36,429 nt of DNA from Candidatus Nanohaloarchaea archaeon (GCA_041640075.1 JBEQAY010000007.1:1-36429); one strand, 5' to 3'; shown: positions 9,565-18,988, counted from the stretch's first letter. A program made the numbers and translations. Notes: generated by a model not told the origin, from the sequence alone.

Positions 9565-10281
9565 CTAGCTAGGCTGTTCTTTTGGTTTTATCTGCAGGTT
9601 TCCAAGGAATTCTTCCTGTATAAGGTCTACTTTTTCATCGTTTTCAAGGTTCAGCACGTGCTTGAATTTTTCGATTCTTTCCTGGCTGTCGTCTTCTTCA
9701 ATTATCTTGGAGAAATCTACGTTCTCCGAAGGCGAGGAAACGAAGTTCTTGATACGTCCGTAAAGTGAGTTCAGTTTGGATTGTAGATCCTCTTCCTCTA
9801 CCTCGAACTGCTGGTCCATCTCCTGGCGCTGCTGCTCTCTTTCCTCACGTTTCTCCTTAACCTCCATCGCATCTCGCAGGGATTTTTTCAGCTCGTCGAG
9901 CTGTACACGTCTCTTCGGCTTCTGCTTCACAGGCATCTCCAGATCAGGGCCGACAACCAGATCAGGTTCATCATCTTCAACCATGTCCTCTTCGATCATC
10001 TCCTCTTCCTCGAAGTCCATAGGGTTTTCCTCCTCTGGCTCCTGCTCCTCCTGTTCTTCCAGAGCCATAGCCTGTGTCTTCATGTTAAGAAGTGCTGCCA
10101 GAACTCTTACTGCACGTGCAGAAACCTGCAGATCATTCTCCTGCAACTCCTGAATATACTTCCGGTACCTGTCAGCAAGAACAGCGATATCGATGCTTTC
10201 GGGATCCATGTCTGAAGTAAGAAACTCCAGAGTCTCCTCCCAGGGCTGCTCCGCCACCATACTCGCGTTGTAATCTTCCAT
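9565..10281 (-). CDS. scpA: Kleisin ScpA
   Basis: MDPESIDIAVLADRY, AALLNMKT, RRVQLDEL, C-terminal LIQEEFLG; adjacent to scpB. Confidence 0.88.
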   Translation of the reverse strand: MEDYNASMVAEQPWEETLEFLTSDMDPESIDIAVLADRYRKYIQELQENDLQVSARAVRVLAALLNMKTQAMALEEQEEQEPEEENPMDFEEEEMIEEDMVEDDEPDLVVGPDLEMPVKQKPKRRVQLDELKKSLRDAMEVKEKREEREQQRQEMDQQFEVEEEDLQSKLNSLYGRIKNFVSSPSENVDFSKIIEEDDSQERIEKFKHVLNLENDEKVDLIQEEFLGNLQIKPKEQPS

Positions 10282-10446
10282 TTAACGGGACCTCTCAAAT
10301 TATCGTTTCCGGCCCCCTCACCAAATTCCCCCGTACACAACTTTTGATCGCCACTTTATTTAACTTGTCAGGGTTTGGCAACAACCTCGACAACAGTTCC
10401 CCAGCTGTTAACCAGATTTATAATGCGGCTTAACCTAAGCTAGAAC

Positions 10447-10974
10447 GTGGCAGAAGAATCGGAATCCCGGGAGGCATATGAGGAAATAACCAAAGATGTA
10501 TCCAGGGATAGACGTGGTATAGAGGCGAAACTAGCTAAGAAAATGGAGAGGGTTATGGATTACCTCCAGCTGGTCGTTGTCTTCATACTCGTCATACTGT
10601 TCGGTATAGCAGTCTACGATCTAGGGCTTGAACTTTATCAGTTAATTATCACAGGGCAGTTTTACGATCCTATAAGCCTGATTGGGATATTGGAGACGGC
10701 TTTGCTACTATTCCTGATAGTTGAGGTATTTAGGACGTCAGTAGCTCACTTAGAAGGGTTAAAGGTACTGCCTCTAGTTGTTGATGTTGCTATAATAGGT
10801 ATAGTCAGAAGTATAATCACGTTCAGGTTAAGTGATTTCCAGAACATGAATGAAGCAGTTCTGGCATCAATTGCCTACGCTATCATACTTTCAGTGCTGA
10901 TAGCTTCATTCTATATTGTTCATAAGCAGCAGAGAAAGGCTCCTGAAAAGCATTACCGAAAGGGAGATGATTGA
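10447..10974 (+). CDS. PsiE-family membrane protein
   Basis: 4 TM; LLLFLIVEVFRT...VAIIGIVRSII pattern. Confidence 0.75.
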   Translation: MAEESESREAYEEITKDVSRDRRGIEAKLAKKMERVMDYLQLVVVFILVILFGIAVYDLGLELYQLIITGQFYDPISLIGILETALLLFLIVEVFRTSVAHLEGLKVLPLVVDVAIIGIVRSIITFRLSDFQNMNEAVLASIAYAIILSVLIASFYIVHKQQRKAPEKHYRKGDD

Positions 10975-11411
10975 TGGAGTCTAAACTCCACGGGAAGATT
11001 TCAAGGAAGCTAGACAAGTATGAAAATTTTTTAGAGCTTATTTTCGCAGCTCTTTTGGTCCTATCATTTGTTATGGTGGTTATTGCCATAGTTACGGATA
11101 TGTTGGATTTTTCTCAAAAATCACAGTTCTATTCTTCTAGAGCAGTAGTTGTCTTCATGGCTTCATTTCTTTCATTAAAGCTGCTAGGAGACGCCTTCAA
11201 TCTATCAGTAATTAACTTTACTGAAAGAAAAAGGATGAGAACTATATTTACAATAGCTTTGGTCGGCACAATGACTAACATCCTCGTTAACACCAGGTTA
11301 TCGAAGAATATAATTGGCTCAATGAATGGTGTCTCGGCTTATGGTCTCCTGCTAGTTATCACAGGTATAGGGTTCTTTGTGGTAGATAGATACGGCTTCT
11401 CAGACATCTAG
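10971..11411 (+). CDS. Hypothetical 4-TM membrane protein, possibly a divergent PsiE paralog
   Basis: Overlaps the stop of the preceding gene; similar hydrophobic layout. Confidence 0.6.
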   Translation: MMESKLHGKISRKLDKYENFLELIFAALLVLSFVMVVIAIVTDMLDFSQKSQFYSSRAVVVFMASFLSLKLLGDAFNLSVINFTERKRMRTIFTIALVGTMTNILVNTRLSKNIIGSMNGVSAYGLLLVITGIGFFVVDRYGFSDI

Positions 11412-13958
11412 TTCGATACTTCTCATCTTCGTAACGCCGTCTTTCATAGTCACTCCGTAAGCCCTTTCGGCGTGTCTAACTGTGATATCGTTGTGAGAGA
11501 TAACTATGAACTGGTTGCCCTCAGAGTAATCCTTCAGGATCTCTGAAAGCCTCTTGGAGTTTTGCTTGTCCAGTGCTGCGTCGATCTCGTCCATGATGTA
11601 GAAAGGTGCTTCCCTCTGCTCCAGGATTGCAAAGACGAATGCGATAGCAGTCATAGTTTTCTCTCCGCCTGAAAGCGCGTCAATGATGTGCGGATCCTTT
11701 CCCGGAGGTGCTGCCCTGATCTTCAAACCTTTCTCGATATCGTCGTCTTCAAGAACAAGTTCTCCTTCACCGCCGTCGAAAAGCTCGGTGAATATGTCTG
11801 AGAAATCGCTGTTGACTTCGTTCAGGGTGTCCATGAATCTTTCCCGCTTCTTCTGATCGATTTCCTCTATTAGATCCTCGATCTCGAGTTTTTCCTGCCG
11901 GATCTCGGAGACTTTCTCCTTGAATTCGTCGAACTCCTCTTTTTTCTCCTTGTACTCCTCGATAGCCCGCATGTTGACAGGCCCCATAGAGTTCTGCTTC
12001 TTCAGAACCTTCCGCTTCTTCGTCTTCAGGTCTTCTGGCGTTGAATCAAGGCCGATAAGCTCGTCTTCGTCAAAGTCATATTCCTCCAGGTCTTCTTTCA
12101 CGTTTTCAAGCTCTGCCTTGGCTTTCGCTTTCTTGCTTCCAACTTCATCAATTTTAGACTTCAGCTTCTCTTTCTCTGTATAGTATTCCTGGCGCTCTTC
12201 ACGTAACTCATCCATCTGTTCCCGGATCTCCTTCTTTTCCTCCCTGAGCTCGTCGTCTGTCTGCTGCTCGTCTTCTTTACGCTCCTTCATCTTCTTGAGC
12301 TCGGCGATATCCTTCTGCAACTCCTCGATCTTCTCCTCAACCTCTTTCTTCTCCTTCCTCTTTTTATCAGGGTTCAGGTTGTTCGAGAGGTTGTTCTGCT
12401 TACTGCTTCCTCTGGATTTTTTCTTTCCTCCACGCATAGCCCCTCCACGGCTCATGACATCTCCATCCAGGGTAACTACACGGACACCGTCAACATCCTT
12501 CACGGAGTCCAGGTCTTCGGCGATCAACGTGTCTGAGAAGACATTGTTTATAGCTTTGTCATACTTATCATCGTACTCGATCAGGTTCGACGCGTAATCG
12601 ATCACACCTTTCTTCTTCAAAGCCATCTGGCTCTTGGCAGACTTGCTTCTGTCCTTGATCTTGTCAAGCGGAAGCATGCGCGCACGTCCGATATTCTCCC
12701 GTTTCAGGTAGTTAATTGCATCTACAGCAGTCTGCTTGTCCTCCACCACTACGTCGTTCATGTGGCCTCCAGCAGCGGTCTCAACAGCCACTGCAAACCT
12801 GTCTTCTGTAGAGATCAAGTCTTGGAACGCACCTTCGATTTTTTCATTATCTAGGGAGAGCACGGCGTCAACAGCCTTTGAACCGGTGTTGCCACGGTTC
12901 TGCATCTTTTCAAGCTCTTCTATAGTATCCTCTAGATCCTGGAGCTTGTCGCGTTTGTTCTCTATCTCCCCGCGCTTTTTTTCTATACGGTTTTCCAGGT
13001 GCTGTACGTCTGTATCTCCCTGGCTCTGCTCCTCTTCTATCTCCTCGATTCTCTCTTTCTTTTCATCTATTTCATCGTCGATTCCCTCAAGCTCTTCCTC
13101 AAGCTCTTCAACTCTTTCCTCTCTTTCCGCTGTATCAGTATTTATATTTGCCAGTCTGTTAGACAGCGCCCGCTTTCTGACTTCCAGTATGGATGCCTCA
13201 ATTTTCTTCTTCCGATCCTCAAGCTCCCTGTACTTGAGTGCTATCTCCTTTTCTTCCTTAAGTTTGTCCAAGTATTCCTTCTTTTCTTCCAGCAGTATCT
13301 GCTGTTCGTTAAGTTTTTCTTGAACTTCTTCAAGCTCTTCCTCGGCTTCGTCCTTTTTTTCATCGAACTCCTGAACCCCTGAAAGCTCATCTATAACTTT
13401 TCGTCTTTCTCTGTCGCTCTGTTCCACGATCTCGGTAACTTTTCCCTGCCTCACGAAGTGGTAGCCTTCTGGGTCAATGTTTGCCTTGTCAGCCACTCTC
13501 TCAAGGAAGGAACGCTTGCAGTTGGTGCCCATGAACTTGTACATAGAGGATCCGGCCCGCGTAACCTTTCTTCCCAGCGTTATCTCATCGGACTCCTCTT
13601 CATCCTTCTCTTCAAGAAACTCGTCAAAAAGACCGTCAGTATTATCCAGATGAACGGTACAGTGGGCGTGATCCGCTGCTTTCCTGGAATCTCCGCCGTT
13701 AAAGATCAGTTGCTCCAGCTTCTCAGCTCGAAGCCGGGAAGAACGCCTTCCAAACACGAAACTCAACGCATCGAGAATATTTGACTTCCCGTTGCCGTTT
13801 TCACCGACTATAGCCGTCAATCCTTCATAGAACGGTATGGAGGTCCTGCGCTGGAATGACTTGAAGCCTTTACAGCTCACCTTGTTAATCTTGGTCGAAC
13901 CGGTGATCTCTTGATCTTCCTGCTGTTCCTGCTCAAGTTCTTGTTCAGGCATGTACAA
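11400..13958 (-). CDS. smc: Chromosome segregation protein Smc (short, 852 aa)
   Basis: Walker A GENGNGKSN, Q-loop VRQG, hinge (GRARMLPLD, VTLDGD...GAMRGG), PVNMRA, signature LSGGEK, Walker B/D-loop MDEIDAALD, ISH. Confidence 0.95.
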   Translation of the reverse strand: MYMPEQELEQEQQEDQEITGSTKINKVSCKGFKSFQRRTSIPFYEGLTAIVGENGNGKSNILDALSFVFGRRSSRLRAEKLEQLIFNGGDSRKAADHAHCTVHLDNTDGLFDEFLEEKDEEESDEITLGRKVTRAGSSMYKFMGTNCKRSFLERVADKANIDPEGYHFVRQGKVTEIVEQSDRERRKVIDELSGVQEFDEKKDEAEEELEEVQEKLNEQQILLEEKKEYLDKLKEEKEIALKYRELEDRKKKIEASILEVRKRALSNRLANINTDTAEREERVEELEEELEGIDDEIDEKKERIEEIEEEQSQGDTDVQHLENRIEKKRGEIENKRDKLQDLEDTIEELEKMQNRGNTGSKAVDAVLSLDNEKIEGAFQDLISTEDRFAVAVETAAGGHMNDVVVEDKQTAVDAINYLKRENIGRARMLPLDKIKDRSKSAKSQMALKKKGVIDYASNLIEYDDKYDKAINNVFSDTLIAEDLDSVKDVDGVRVVTLDGDVMSRGGAMRGGKKKSRGSSKQNNLSNNLNPDKKRKEKKEVEEKIEELQKDIAELKKMKERKEDEQQTDDELREEKKEIREQMDELREERQEYYTEKEKLKSKIDEVGSKKAKAKAELENVKEDLEEYDFDEDELIGLDSTPEDLKTKKRKVLKKQNSMGPVNMRAIEEYKEKKEEFDEFKEKVSEIRQEKLEIEDLIEEIDQKKRERFMDTLNEVNSDFSDIFTELFDGGEGELVLEDDDIEKGLKIRAAPPGKDPHIIDALSGGEKTMTAIAFVFAILEQREAPFYIMDEIDAALDKQNSKRLSEILKDYSEGNQFIVISHNDITVRHAERAYGVTMKDGVTKMRSIELDV

Positions 13959-14016
13959 ACAAATTAACGTGTAACAGGTTAAAAAACACAGGGAACCAAT
14001 TTTTCACCACTGCCAG

Positions 14017-14586
14017 GTGTCTCAAAACATGGAAAAAGCATTCATCTTCCACGGAACAGGAGCCGGAAAGTACGACCACTGGTTCCCGGAAATAGCCAGT
14101 AAACTTGAGGAGAAAGGAGTCAAGGTATGTAGACCAGAGTTTCCGACACCTGAAGCCCAGAACCTCCAGAACTGGATGAAAGTTCTGGAAAAACAAGAGC
14201 TCGAGATCGATGAAAACACTGTACTCATCGGCCACAGCACCGGAGCTGTATTCATACTCAGCGTACTCGAGAAAATCGATACAGAAATAGAAGCCGCGTT
14301 CCTGATCTCAGGATTCAAAGGAAAACTCCACGACGAAAGGTTCGATCCTCTCAACGAAACCTTCGCGGAAAAAGACTTCAACTTCGAGAAAATCAAAAAC
14401 TCGGCTGAAGAATTCTACCTATTCCACTCTGAATCAGATCCCTACGTCCCGCTTGAAAAAGCCGCAGAACTCGCGCCAAAACTCGACGCAAATCTCGAAC
14501 TCGTAGCGGACGCAGGGCACTTCAACACGGAGTCAGGTTACACAGACTTCCCGGAACTCTGGCAAAAACTTGAGAAGTTTCTGTAG
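14017..14586 (+). CDS. RBBP9/YdeN-family alpha/beta hydrolase
   Basis: IFHG, HWFP, GHSTG nucleophile elbow, SDPYVP, AGHFN; start may be ATG 14029. Confidence 0.9.
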   Translation: MSQNMEKAFIFHGTGAGKYDHWFPEIASKLEEKGVKVCRPEFPTPEAQNLQNWMKVLEKQELEIDENTVLIGHSTGAVFILSVLEKIDTEIEAAFLISGFKGKLHDERFDPLNETFAEKDFNFEKIKNSAEEFYLFHSESDPYVPLEKAAELAPKLDANLELVADAGHFNTESGYTDFPELWQKLEKFL

Positions 14587-14632
14587 GAATTTTTCTTGAA
14601 GAAAAAGAAAAGTAGAAAATGTGGAGAGTTTT

Positions 14633-15943
14633 TTACGGCGTCAGCCTGTCAGGTGTCCTTGGGAACAGGATGCTCTCCTTGACGTTGTCCAGGTCTGCGA
14701 CCTGTTTGACCAGTCTGTCGATTCCCAGTCCGTATCCGCCGTGCGGTGGCATTCCGAACTTGAAGGATTCGAGGTAGAAGCTGATGTCTTCCGGGTCGAT
14801 TCCTTCTTCCTCGACTGCGTTCATGAGCCGGTCCATGTCGTGTTCTCTCTGGCCTCCTGATGCTAGCTCTAGTCCTTTGTAGATCATGTCGAATCTTCTG
14901 GACTGGTATTCGTCGCCTTCACGTGCCTCCATGTAGTAGAACTTCTCCTGTGGGTATCCGATCACGAAGAATGCTGGGTGGCCTTTTTCCTCAAAATATT
15001 CGCCTAGAAGCTGTTCGCCCTCTGTGTCAAGGTCGTGAGGATCTTCCGGTACATGGTTGTACTCTTCTTTCAGGATGTCACGTGCTTCCTCGAACTTGAT
15101 ACGTGGGAAATCCTCTTCAGGAACTTCCAGGTCGATGTCAAGCTCTTCAAGGTCGTCTGCAGCTCTTTTCTTGGTCTCTTCCAGTGTGTATCTGAGTGAG
15201 TTCTCCAGTACGTCCATGACGTCGTGCTGATCTTCGATGAATGCCAGTTCTACGTCGAACATGGAGATCTCGGAGATGTGTCGGCTGGTTGCGAACTCTT
15301 CTGCCCTGAATGCTTTCCCTGTCTCGTATACTTTGTCGAATCCGGCTGCCATCAGCATCTGCTTGTAGAGCTGTGGACTCTGTGACAGGAATGCCTCTTC
15401 ATCGTAGAAGATTACCGGGAAGAGCTCTGCTCCTCCTTCTGCTCCCATCTTTGCGATTGTAGGTGTCTGGATATTGATGTATCCTTCCTTGTCGAACCAT
15501 TCCTCCATAGACTCCATGAGGTGGCTTCGCAGTGAGAAGATGGCGTGCACCTCCGGCTGCCTGAGGTCCATGAACCTGTTGTCCAGCCTTGTGGACAGAT
15601 CGGAGTCTATGTTCTTTGAGACATCCATAGGGAGAGGTGACTCTGCTGTTGAAAGTATTTCCAGGCTTTCAGGTTTTATCTCCCGATCTCCTGGTGCCTG
15701 GTCGTTTTCCTCGACTTTTCCTGTTACGTGGATTATGTCTTCTTTACCGATTTCCTGTGCTTTTTCGAAGAGTTCTTCATCGTCGTCTTCCTTGAATGTT
15801 GCCTGTATCTGGCCTTCTCTGTCTCTGATTACGACGAAAGTAAGTCCTCCCAGATCCCGGATTTCGTGAGCCCATCCGGAGACTGAGACGGTCTCTCCGT
15901 CGTCATCTGCTGTAATCTGGTCTGAGTATTTTCGATCAATCAT
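14633..15943 (-). CDS. aspS: Aspartyl-tRNA synthetase, archaeal, probably non-discriminating (Asp/Asn)
   Basis: GWAHEIRDLGG, LSQSPQLYKQ, FRAE, GGQREH, PPHGGYGLGIDR. His in GWAH and Pro in QAPG are the residues associated with non-discriminating enzymes. Confidence 0.95.
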   Translation of the reverse strand: MIDRKYSDQITADDDGETVSVSGWAHEIRDLGGLTFVVIRDREGQIQATFKEDDDEELFEKAQEIGKEDIIHVTGKVEENDQAPGDREIKPESLEILSTAESPLPMDVSKNIDSDLSTRLDNRFMDLRQPEVHAIFSLRSHLMESMEEWFDKEGYINIQTPTIAKMGAEGGAELFPVIFYDEEAFLSQSPQLYKQMLMAAGFDKVYETGKAFRAEEFATSRHISEISMFDVELAFIEDQHDVMDVLENSLRYTLEETKKRAADDLEELDIDLEVPEEDFPRIKFEEARDILKEEYNHVPEDPHDLDTEGEQLLGEYFEEKGHPAFFVIGYPQEKFYYMEAREGDEYQSRRFDMIYKGLELASGGQREHDMDRLMNAVEEEGIDPEDISFYLESFKFGMPPHGGYGLGIDRLVKQVADLDNVKESILFPRTPDRLTP

Positions 15944-15993
15944 TTTTGGTTCACAGCAAGTTTTCCGATAGACAAGTTTTTATTTCTCATCGC

Positions 15994-16611
15994 CTACACC
16001 AGTGCAGCGATAAGACCACAGAGAAAACCTACTACCGCTCCCTGAACAACCTGATCACGTGAATGCTGGTCCAGTTCAACACGGCTCCAGCCCACAGGAA
16101 CAGCCAGAACTACACAGAGAACGCTGATTAGAGGCACAGTGTTCAGGAAACCTCCTGCGACAAAACCAAGGGTCCCGGTATGTACACTCACTTTTCTAAA
16201 ACTGTTCACCAGGCCGAAAACCAGGACGGCACCGACGGCGAAATAACCAAGATTAACCACAGCAGCAGGTGCGCCCAGAAAAATACTCAAAGCCAGTCCA
16301 AAGGTTAGAGAAGCAGCACCGACGATGTAAGATTTCTTTCTCTGCTCTCTTGAAACCACGTCAAACCCTCTTTCACCTGTCCTCCAGGCAACTGCTGCTG
16401 TCGGAACCATGGCGGATAGTATCCACAAGAAGATCCAGCTACCGGACTCAAAAATATTCAGACCGTTGAAAAACAGTATCAGGACTCCTGATACAGGCAG
16501 TACTGTTAACGGATGAAAAATTTTGGAGGGAAGAGCCTCGTAATCCACTGTGTAAAATTTACCTTTAGTCCGCTTTAATCTCTGCGGTTTGATCACATTT
16601 TTATCAGTCAC
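15994..16611 (-). CDS. PAP2-like membrane protein (phosphatase superfamily)
   Basis: KVSVHTG and WSRVELDQHS..QVVQG resemble PAP2 motifs 2 and 3; start uncertain. Confidence 0.65.
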   Translation of the reverse strand: MTDKNVIKPQRLKRTKGKFYTVDYEALPSKIFHPLTVLPVSGVLILFFNGLNIFESGSWIFLWILSAMVPTAAVAWRTGERGFDVVSREQRKKSYIVGAASLTFGLALSIFLGAPAAVVNLGYFAVGAVLVFGLVNSFRKVSVHTGTLGFVAGGFLNTVPLISVLCVVLAVPVGWSRVELDQHSRDQVVQGAVVGFLCGLIAALV

Positions 16612-16627
16612 AGGCGTTTACCTAGAT

Positions 16628-17134
16628 ATGAAACTCAACGGCGAACAACTCAAAGAAGCGGTCGAAAACGGCTTGATAGAGGACTACATTGACCTGGAAA
16701 CCCAGTTAACACCTAACGGCTTCGACTTTACAGCAGCAGAGATCCACAGGTTCAAGCATTCCGGTAAACTGGATTTCTCCAACTCTGAAAGAGAGATCCC
16801 GGAAACTGAGAAAGTAGAGCCTGTAAAAAAAGATGAAGAAGATGAATACGCCTGGTGGCATCTTGAACCAGGAGCTTACAAGATCAGGACAAACGAGATA
16901 GTTGATCTACCTGAGGATGTTATCGCATTCGCCTATCCAAGGAGCTCACTGTTGAGGATGGGTTGCACGATCGAGAACGGTGTTTGGGATGCTGGTTTCC
17001 GGGGCAAGAGCGAGTTTATGCTTGTGGTCGAAAACAATGATGGGGTTGAAATCAAGGAGAACGCCCGCGTCAACCATATAGTATTTGAAAAGATTAGGGA
17101 GACAGAGGGTTATCAGGGTAGATATCAGGAGTAG
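16628..17134 (+). CDS. dut: Archaeal dUTPase / dCTP deaminase family protein
   Basis: QLTPNGFDFT, LEPGAY, PRSSLLRMG, VWDAGFRG, GYQGRYQ; ATG at 16628. Confidence 0.85.
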   Translation: MKLNGEQLKEAVENGLIEDYIDLETQLTPNGFDFTAAEIHRFKHSGKLDFSNSEREIPETEKVEPVKKDEEDEYAWWHLEPGAYKIRTNEIVDLPEDVIAFAYPRSSLLRMGCTIENGVWDAGFRGKSEFMLVVENNDGVEIKENARVNHIVFEKIRETEGYQGRYQE

Positions 17135-17279
17135 TTTTCGACTAATTTTCCTGGCTATGATGAGAGAAGACATCGTCTGAACGCTGAAAGGCGGATGATG
17201 AGAGACGAACACCTCTGAGCCGATACTTTTCATAGAAAATTCTCGTTATTTTTAATAGGGGCCAGAACAATTGAACTAT

Positions 17280-17636
17280 ATGGCATCTGAAGATGATCAA
17301 CTTTACGTCAGAATTAACAAGCAGGATGAAATGCTTGACGGTCTTGAGAACCTGGAAAATATAGTCAGTAATATTAATGAAGCAAAGGAAATTCTAAAAC
17401 AGGTCAGACAGGTAAAGGTCACAGCCATCGATACTATCTCCTCTAATATCCAGAAACTTAATGAGAACTTGGAAGACTTCCAGATGGCGATGCCAGAGGT
17501 GGAAGGAGAACCAGCACCACAGACTGAGATGATGGATAGTAGTGTAGAGGAGGTCCAACCTGAAAGCTCTGTCAACGAGATCCATGAAGAACTCGAAGAC
17601 CTGCAAGATGAACTGGAGAAACTAGGCGGAAGCTAG
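17280..17636 (+). CDS. Hypothetical acidic coiled-coil protein
   Basis: Acidic ORF; TTTTTAATA about 25 nt before ATG 17280. Confidence 0.75.
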   Translation: MASEDDQLYVRINKQDEMLDGLENLENIVSNINEAKEILKQVRQVKVTAIDTISSNIQKLNENLEDFQMAMPEVEGEPAPQTEMMDSSVEEVQPESSVNEIHEELEDLQDELEKLGGS

Positions 17637-17668
17637 GATACTCCTAAGGACTTCTTCGTAATTTTTCT

Positions 17669-17694
17669 CTGACTAAATTAACTGACTAAATTAA
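17669..17694. repeat. Perfect tandem 13-bp direct repeat CTGACTAAATTAA x2
   Basis: Read directly at 17669-17681 and 17682-17694. Confidence 0.9.
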
Positions 17695-17747
17695 AGTAGG
17701 GTTGGATACCTATTTTGAAGCTAGTTTTTCTATCTGAAAGGAATATA

Positions 17748-17951
17748 TGCCGGGACGGAGATTTGAACTCCGGAACCCCTACGGGAACGGATATCTTAAC
17801 ACAGCTTTCTTGAAACGAAAGCTGTTAGAGCACTCCTCCTAAGCGAAAGTGCGGCTCGAAAACTTCTTCGGAAGTTTTCTTAGTCCTCATCCGCTAAAGC
17901 GGACCTTGAGGTTCTTAAGTCCGTCGCCTTTGACCACTTGGCTATCCCGGC
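17748..17951 (-). tRNA. tRNA-Leu(TAA) with a 121-nt intron at position 37/38 (exons 17951-17914 and 17792-17748)
   Basis: GCCGGGA/TCCCGGC acceptor stem, ACGGA/TCCGT anticodon stem, CTTAAG loop, long variable arm, GTTCAAATC T-loop. Canonical BHB: CUUA pairs with intron UAAG; bulges AG|A and AU|A. Confidence 0.93.
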
Positions 17952-18144
17952 AATTGCTTACGCTCAATTGGGATGCAATAAGCCATATAATTTATGGCTT
18001 CCGGGCTTGCCATCTGTTTGGCTACCCCGGCGTAAATCCTATTAATGATTTTTACCACTATCTTTTTGGTTCAAACGGTATTTGTCCCTGAAGCATATGA
18101 GACAAAATCCATGGACATGTTATAGGAGGGAAGTTAAGTCAGTT

Positions 18145-18513
18145 CTAGAAAGTACGGCTTTTCCTCATCTGAGTTCTCTCAGGATCAGGCTTCTCAATTT
18201 CATAAGCATCATCCTTAATCTCTGCATACTTTCCACAGTCAGGACACCGAAGATATCCTGGATGTTCGCCACCTACAGATTCTTCATAACCGCAGACGCA
18301 TTCGGCCGTTGGATCAACTTCCTCAACCTTCAGATTGATGTGCTCAAGAATTGTGCCGTATGTGAAATAATTGAAAAGTTTCTCGAACCGTTCAGCTTCA
18401 CAGATATTCCTGTTAATCTTGATATGAGCTTCTCCATTAGTAGAGACCTTTGATAGATCCTGCATTACACTTATCAGTACATTTCCCAGTTTCTCCATCT
18501 TCTCTTTTTTCAC
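18145..18513 (-). CDS. HypA-like zinc-finger protein
   Basis: TYGTILEHINLKVEEVDPTAECVCG...RCPDCG fits the HypA layout; no N-terminal MHE; start may be ATG 18498. Confidence 0.7.
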   Translation of the reverse strand: MKKEKMEKLGNVLISVMQDLSKVSTNGEAHIKINRNICEAERFEKLFNYFTYGTILEHINLKVEEVDPTAECVCGYEESVGGEHPGYLRCPDCGKYAEIKDDAYEIEKPDPERTQMRKSRTF

Positions 18514-18988
18514 CTTGTGTCTAGTTCTTCAGATATACTCATGGCTCTACTAGATGTTCAATATATGTGGACCCTCTTTAATAAAGATTTTTTGGACTGG
18601 TAGACGTCTTCAAAACCAGATACAGGAAAGTTTTTGAACAACTTAAAAAACCTTTAGCAGTCTTAAAACTCTTTTTGAGTAAAATAAGAGTTTTTAAACT
18701 CCTAGAAGCATCTATAGTTTTTTCTAAAAGATTTTTGACTGAACAAGTAGTCTGGCCTTATACACTTGGGTCTCCAAGGAAGTTTTTATCTTTGGGATTG
18801 CACTGTTCTTATCTTCTGTAAAACCTTATACCAGAGCTTAATCTCCAAATAACTTTTGAGAAAATTTAGAGAGGTCGGAAAATCAGAGGTTAGAAGATTT
18901 TCTAGAAAGTCTCCGTCTCCAGCTAATTTAGAATTAGCGGGTCCGAAAATCAAGATTTTCTCAGCCCAAGAAAATTTCAGAGAAATTT

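Noticed and set aside
11920..13784. Long Ser/Phe-rich antisense ORFs over smc (similar ones over rqcH, glyS, the ligases and pheT)
   Set aside because: Shadow frames produced by GAA/GAG/AAG-rich sense codons
16946..17233. 95-aa minus-strand ORF overlapping the dUTPase 3' end
   Set aside because: Mostly antisense to a real gene, with atypical composition
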